DNA from: Candidatus Brocadiia bacterium
GTDB taxonomy: Bacteria; Planctomycetota; Brocadiia; SM23-32
Direction: 5' to 3'
NCBI GenBank assembly: GCA_046538485.1
Contig: JBKHIT010000009.1
Span: 1 to 64,000 of the forward strand
DNA length: 64,000 nucleotides
The notes beneath the pieces were generated by a model, which did not search any database, had not been told where the DNA came from, and saw only the letters and a program-made list of their open reading frames with translations. Within the stretch, counting starts at the first letter, position 1. Every line of letters begins with the position of its first letter. A program made the position numbers and the translations under genes. This document shows, in pieces, positions 60,618-64,000 of the stretch.

Positions 60618-60670
60618 ATCGTTGCGTCTGCTCCTGAGGCCAATTTGTTGGAATTTCTCTCGTGATTTAT

Positions 60671-61048
60671 TTACACGCGCCGACGTTTGCGGGCACGACA
60701 TCCGTTGTGGGGCAGGGGGGTTACATCCTCAATACTGTGAACAATCAATCCGGCCCCTTCAAGGGCTGCCACGGCCGATTCACGGCCTGCGCCGGGCCCT
60801 TTGACTTTAACATCCACTTCGCGTACACCCATTTTCTTGGCGTTCTGAGCGGCCTGCTCACTGGCTCTCTGAGCCGCAAAGGGCGTGCTTTTCCGCGCGC
60901 CACTGAAACCGCACGTTCCCGCGCTCTCCCAGCACAAAACTTCGCCTTTGAGATCGGTTATTGTAATTTTTGTGTTGTTAAATGTGGCATGCACGTGGGC
61001 AACGGCGCGCGCACCCACTCGTTTGGTTCGTCCTTTTTTCTTTGCCAT
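60671..61048 (-). CDS. rpsK: 30S ribosomal protein S11
   Basis: [14 protein letters not shown] and [11 protein letters not shown] motifs. Confidence 0.99.
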   Translation of the reverse strand: MAKKKGRTKRVGARAVAHVHATFNNTKITITDLKGEVLCWESAGTCGFSGARKSTPFAAQRASEQAAQNAKKMGVREVDVKVKGPGAGRESAVAALEGAGLIVHSIEDVTPLPHNGCRARKRRRV

Positions 61049-61090
61049 TCTTAAATCGGCTCCTCAAACAACGTATTCAGCGAAAATCTT

Positions 61091-61918
61091 TCATTCAAAA
61101 TCGTCGATAATTTCCGGTAGCAGCTTTTCGATCGCTGGTTTTACATCAAACATATCGCGGAGCTGACGGTACTCCCGGTCTCGGGGGGTCCGACTCCGTC
61201 TTTTAACCTTCCGGCCGCAAATACATAAATTTTTCGGGGTAAGTTTCGGCGAACTGATTTCGTCAAGTTCTACATGATACCCTGCGCTTCGCAAAAACTG
61301 GGCCCGTAGCGTATCGGTCAAAAGATTCGCTAATCGATAACGAACCGGCCCGAAATCAGTCATCGCGGTCAGGGGATGTCCGGATTTTATCTGACCCCGG
61401 ATCTGATTCTGACAACAAGGGACGGTCAGTATCAGCTGACAACCAAGCTGAATTCCTTTGGCAATGGCTTCATCCGTGGCTGTATCGCAGGCATGCAGGG
61501 CTATGACCAGGTCAAAAGACCTGTCGGGGTCGAATTGCACAGTTCGACTGCTCACAAAATGAACATCTGTTAATGCGAGCTGCTCAGACAGATCACGGCA
61601 CCGTGTTATCAAATCCGGATTGGAATCTACACCCCAGAGTTCGACCCGCGTATTTTCAAAATGATCCAACAACTCGGCGAGTGCGAAACCGAGATAACTT
61701 TTGCCACACGAGCACTCCAGGACACTGATCTTTTCCTTGCCACCGAGCCACTTCCGAACGTACCGGAGAATGACTTCGCTGAACCCGGCGACTTCGCGCA
61801 ATTTAGAGGACCCACGTTCATCGACTTGGCCTTCAGGCCCGAGGATGTCCATATCTTTAAGCATCTCGGGTTGTTCACGAAGGTGAGCTAATATTGTTTT
61901 TCTGTTAGGTTCAGGCAC
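61091..61918 (-). CDS. SAM-dependent methyltransferase (Methyltransf_32-like)
   Basis: ECSCGKSYLGF, ALHACDTATD, VPCC, LTDTLRA and TPKN motifs. Confidence 0.88.
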   Translation of the reverse strand: MPEPNRKTILAHLREQPEMLKDMDILGPEGQVDERGSSKLREVAGFSEVILRYVRKWLGGKEKISVLECSCGKSYLGFALAELLDHFENTRVELWGVDSNPDLITRCRDLSEQLALTDVHFVSSRTVQFDPDRSFDLVIALHACDTATDEAIAKGIQLGCQLILTVPCCQNQIRGQIKSGHPLTAMTDFGPVRYRLANLLTDTLRAQFLRSAGYHVELDEISSPKLTPKNLCICGRKVKRRSRTPRDREYRQLRDMFDVKPAIEKLLPEIIDDFE

Positions 61919-61965
61919 GGAACAGATAAATTGTACAACTGGGAAAATCGACTGTCGGCATGGCG

Positions 61966-62352
61966 TCAGTGCTGAATATCCTTAACACCTTTTTTACCAG
62001 CGACGGTACGGCGTTTTCCTTTACGTGTGCGGGCATTTGTCCGGGTTCTTTGTCCTCGGACGGGCAGCCCCCGGCGGTGCCGGACTCCGCGGTAGCAATT
62101 AATTTTGCGCAGCCGAGCAATATTGGCGGCCTCCAGGCGCTTCAGTTCGCCTTCGATTATAAAGTTCTTATCGATATATGCGCCTATGCGGCTCAATTCG
62201 TCCTCGGTCAAATCCTGGGCGTGTCTTTGCTCTTCGATGTTCAGCACATCACATATGTGCTCCGCAGTTGTCTCTCCAACTCCGTAAATGTATGTCAGAG
62301 CAATTTCTGTGTGCTTATCTCCAGGAATATCAACTCCAGCCACACGTGGCAT
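61966..62352 (-). CDS. rpsM: 30S ribosomal protein S13
   Basis: MPRVAGVDIP, LTYIYGVG and GLPVRGQRTRTNARTRKG motifs. Confidence 0.99.
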   Translation of the reverse strand: MPRVAGVDIPGDKHTEIALTYIYGVGETTAEHICDVLNIEEQRHAQDLTEDELSRIGAYIDKNFIIEGELKRLEAANIARLRKINCYRGVRHRRGLPVRGQRTRTNARTRKGKRRTVAGKKGVKDIQH

Positions 62353-62393
62353 GTTCGTTAAACCTCCCAGTTATTATTCAAATTCAAGCTATA

Positions 62394-62507
62394 TCAACCT
62401 TGACGTTGTTTATGGCGCGGGTCGGTGCAGATTACCCGTACAACACCCTTACGCCGGACAATTTTGCAATTTTCACAAATCTTCTTTACTGATGATTTTA
62501 CTTTCAT
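62394..62507 (-). CDS. rpmJ: 50S ribosomal protein L36 (Zn-binding form; below ORF-track cutoff)
   Basis: Manual translation [45 protein letters not shown]. Confidence 0.97.
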   Translation of the reverse strand: MKVKSSVKKICENCKIVRRKGVVRVICTDPRHKQRQG

Positions 62508-62710
62508 TTTTTACCTCCTGGACCGGCTTTTTTATGACCGCCCAAAAGTACCGCTGCGTCAGAACTTTTTATGGGGCATATGTGCGACTATCCGAAGCCG
62601 CTGCCTTTGTCGGCCGCGCAAGTTATTCCGGCATGCGAACAGACCGATCGACCCTGTGAACTCTCACGGTACTGACAAAATTTCTTGCCGGAGAGTCGAA
62701 GATCGGAGAA

Positions 62711-62926
62711 CTATTCACGATAGACAATTCGACCTTTTTCAAGATCGTAAGGTGAAATCTCCACCGTAACCTTATCTCCTTGTAGAATACGGATAAAATT
62801 CATCCGCATTTTACCCGAGACATGAGCAAGGATCTCATGCCCGTCTTCAAGCTCTACCTTGAATCGCGCGTTCGGCAGAGTTTCTTTCACTATACCTTCA
62901 ACTTGTATCGGCTCTTCTTTTGGCAT
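62711..62926 (-). CDS. infA: Translation initiation factor IF-1
   Basis: [17 protein letters not shown] and SPYDL motifs. Confidence 0.98.
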   Translation of the reverse strand: MPKEEPIQVEGIVKETLPNARFKVELEDGHEILAHVSGKMRMNFIRILQGDKVTVEISPYDLEKGRIVYRE

Positions 62927-62974
62927 GGGACACACCAGACCAAATTATACCAAGGTTTGGACGTAACAGCAAGT

Positions 62975-63736
62975 CTACTCGATCGTCATTATCACAGCCC
63001 GCTCTTTTTCCACGGCGATCGTGTTTTCAAAATGCACAGCCAGACAGCGTTCTTTCGTCACAACTGTCCATCCATTATCAAGTTCTTCAACTTTTCCCGA
63101 ACCGGCAGTTAACATCGGCTCGATAGCAACTGTTGCTCCCTCTGGAAGTTTCGGTCCGCTTGAGAGGGGCCAGGAGCTTACAAAATTGGGGATTTGCGGG
63201 AATTCATGCATTTTTTTCCCAATTCCATGTCCGGTGTACTTGCGCACGACACCGTAGCCCGCGTCCTCGGCGGTCTGCTGAATCGCATGGCCAATCTCCG
63301 CTATTTTGACTCCAGCTCGTATAACCTCGAGAGCCGCTTGCAAAGCCTCTCGACATGTTTTGGTAATGCTTTGAGCTTCCTCGCTGCATTCGCCAATGAG
63401 AACCGTCCGCGCGGCGTCTCCCGCATAACCGTCCAGAAAAACTCCCGCATCGATGCTCAATACGTCACCTTCTTTGATTGTACGGGCCCCCGGAATTCCA
63501 TGCACAACCTCTTCATTCAAACTTGTGCAAAGAGTTGCCGGATAACCGCGGTAGCCTTTGAAGGCCGGGATCGCATCATGACTGCGGATATATTCTTCAG
63601 CAAGCCGATCCAATTTGCCTGTTGTTACTCCCGGTTCTGCTGCTTCTACAGCCAGCTGGAGTGTTTCGGCGACCAACCTGCCGGCTTTTCGCATCTTTGC
63701 CAGTTCCGGGGGTTTTTTGCGGTTGACCTGTGCCAT
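62975..63736 (-). CDS. map: Methionine aminopeptidase type I
   Basis: NEEVVHGIP, GHGIG..MHE.P, AIEPM and HFENT motifs. Confidence 0.97.
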   Translation of the reverse strand: MAQVNRKKPPELAKMRKAGRLVAETLQLAVEAAEPGVTTGKLDRLAEEYIRSHDAIPAFKGYRGYPATLCTSLNEEVVHGIPGARTIKEGDVLSIDAGVFLDGYAGDAARTVLIGECSEEAQSITKTCREALQAALEVIRAGVKIAEIGHAIQQTAEDAGYGVVRKYTGHGIGKKMHEFPQIPNFVSSWPLSSGPKLPEGATVAIEPMLTAGSGKVEELDNGWTVVTKERCLAVHFENTIAVEKERAVIMTIE

Positions 63737-63773
63737 AACGAATCCAGTCTTCTGCGTGGCCACAACAGCTATT

Positions 63774-64000
63774 TTACTCCAAAGCGGTCAGTATCTCTTG
63801 TGTTTGTTCGCTCACCTCTTCGGGGCTTGGGGAGGCGTCAACACGGTAGAGAAGTCCTTTCTCTTTGTAGTAAGGCACCAGAGGACGTGTTTTATGCTCG
63901 TATTCCTCGAGCCTTTTGCGTACGACATCTTCGGTGCTATCGCTCCGAACAGTTAATTCGCCGCCGCATTCGTCACAAATCATATCTTTTTGCGGGGGCA
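63774..64000 (-). CDS. adk: Adenylate kinase, C-terminal part (truncated by window end)
   Basis: CDECGGEL..RSD, RLEEY..KT.PL..YY; upstream of map. Confidence 0.9.
   Translation of the reverse strand, partial: PPQKDMICDECGGELTVRSDSTEDVVRKRLEEYEHKTRPLVPYYKEKGLLYRVDASPSPEEVSEQTQEILTALE

Noticed and set aside
62508..62710. 200-bp gap between infA and rpmJ as a possible ncRNA or leader
   Set aside because: Only short imperfect hairpins, with no recognisable riboswitch or leader motif by eye.
1..64000. CRISPR array, integrase, transposase, reverse transcriptase or rRNA
   Set aside because: No regularly spaced repeat-spacer array and no motifs for these genes were recognised.

Overview
A 64-kb bacterial chromosome segment. 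The gene content points to an uncultured Planctomycetota-like organism (DUF1559/H-X9-DG prepilin-like proteins, TPR, HEAT and sulfatase-like proteins); this is an inference. About 1-5.5 kb is a decaying accessory patch: two intact prepilin-type genes, a twice-broken glycosidase-like gene, an orphan prepilin C-terminal fragment and an AbrB/Doc toxin-antitoxin pair. The rest is mostly housekeeping: purM, queA, folP-cdaA-cdaR-pdxJ-folE-holC, hisI, tRNA-Phe, alaS, a sugar ABC/heparinase-like cluster, nusA-infB-rbfA-hisG, an E2 acyltransferase, a GHMP kinase-rodA pair, trxA and the adk-map-infA-rpmJ-rpsM-rpsK-rpsD-rpoA-rplQ ribosomal cluster. The best candidate for an undescribed system is a compact type II PKS/FAS-like cluster at 25.7-31.3 kb. 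It is headed by a stand-alone lipoyl+E3-binding protein, followed by an active ketosynthase, a catalytically dead KS (chain-length-factor-like), a GT2, an ACP, a UroD/MtaA-like protein and an Sm/Hfq-like protein. Other notable items: start-less H-X9-DG C-terminal cassettes (one missing from the ORF track), a plant-galacturonokinase-like kinase apparently co-transcribed with rodA, a methyltransferase inserted between rpsM and rpsK, a CTAG-flanked MITE in the rodA stop codon, an 80-bp dispersed hairpin repeat, degenerate Nth and HisI active sites, and long acidic tails on NusA and L17. All calls come from reading motifs by eye; no database searches were run.
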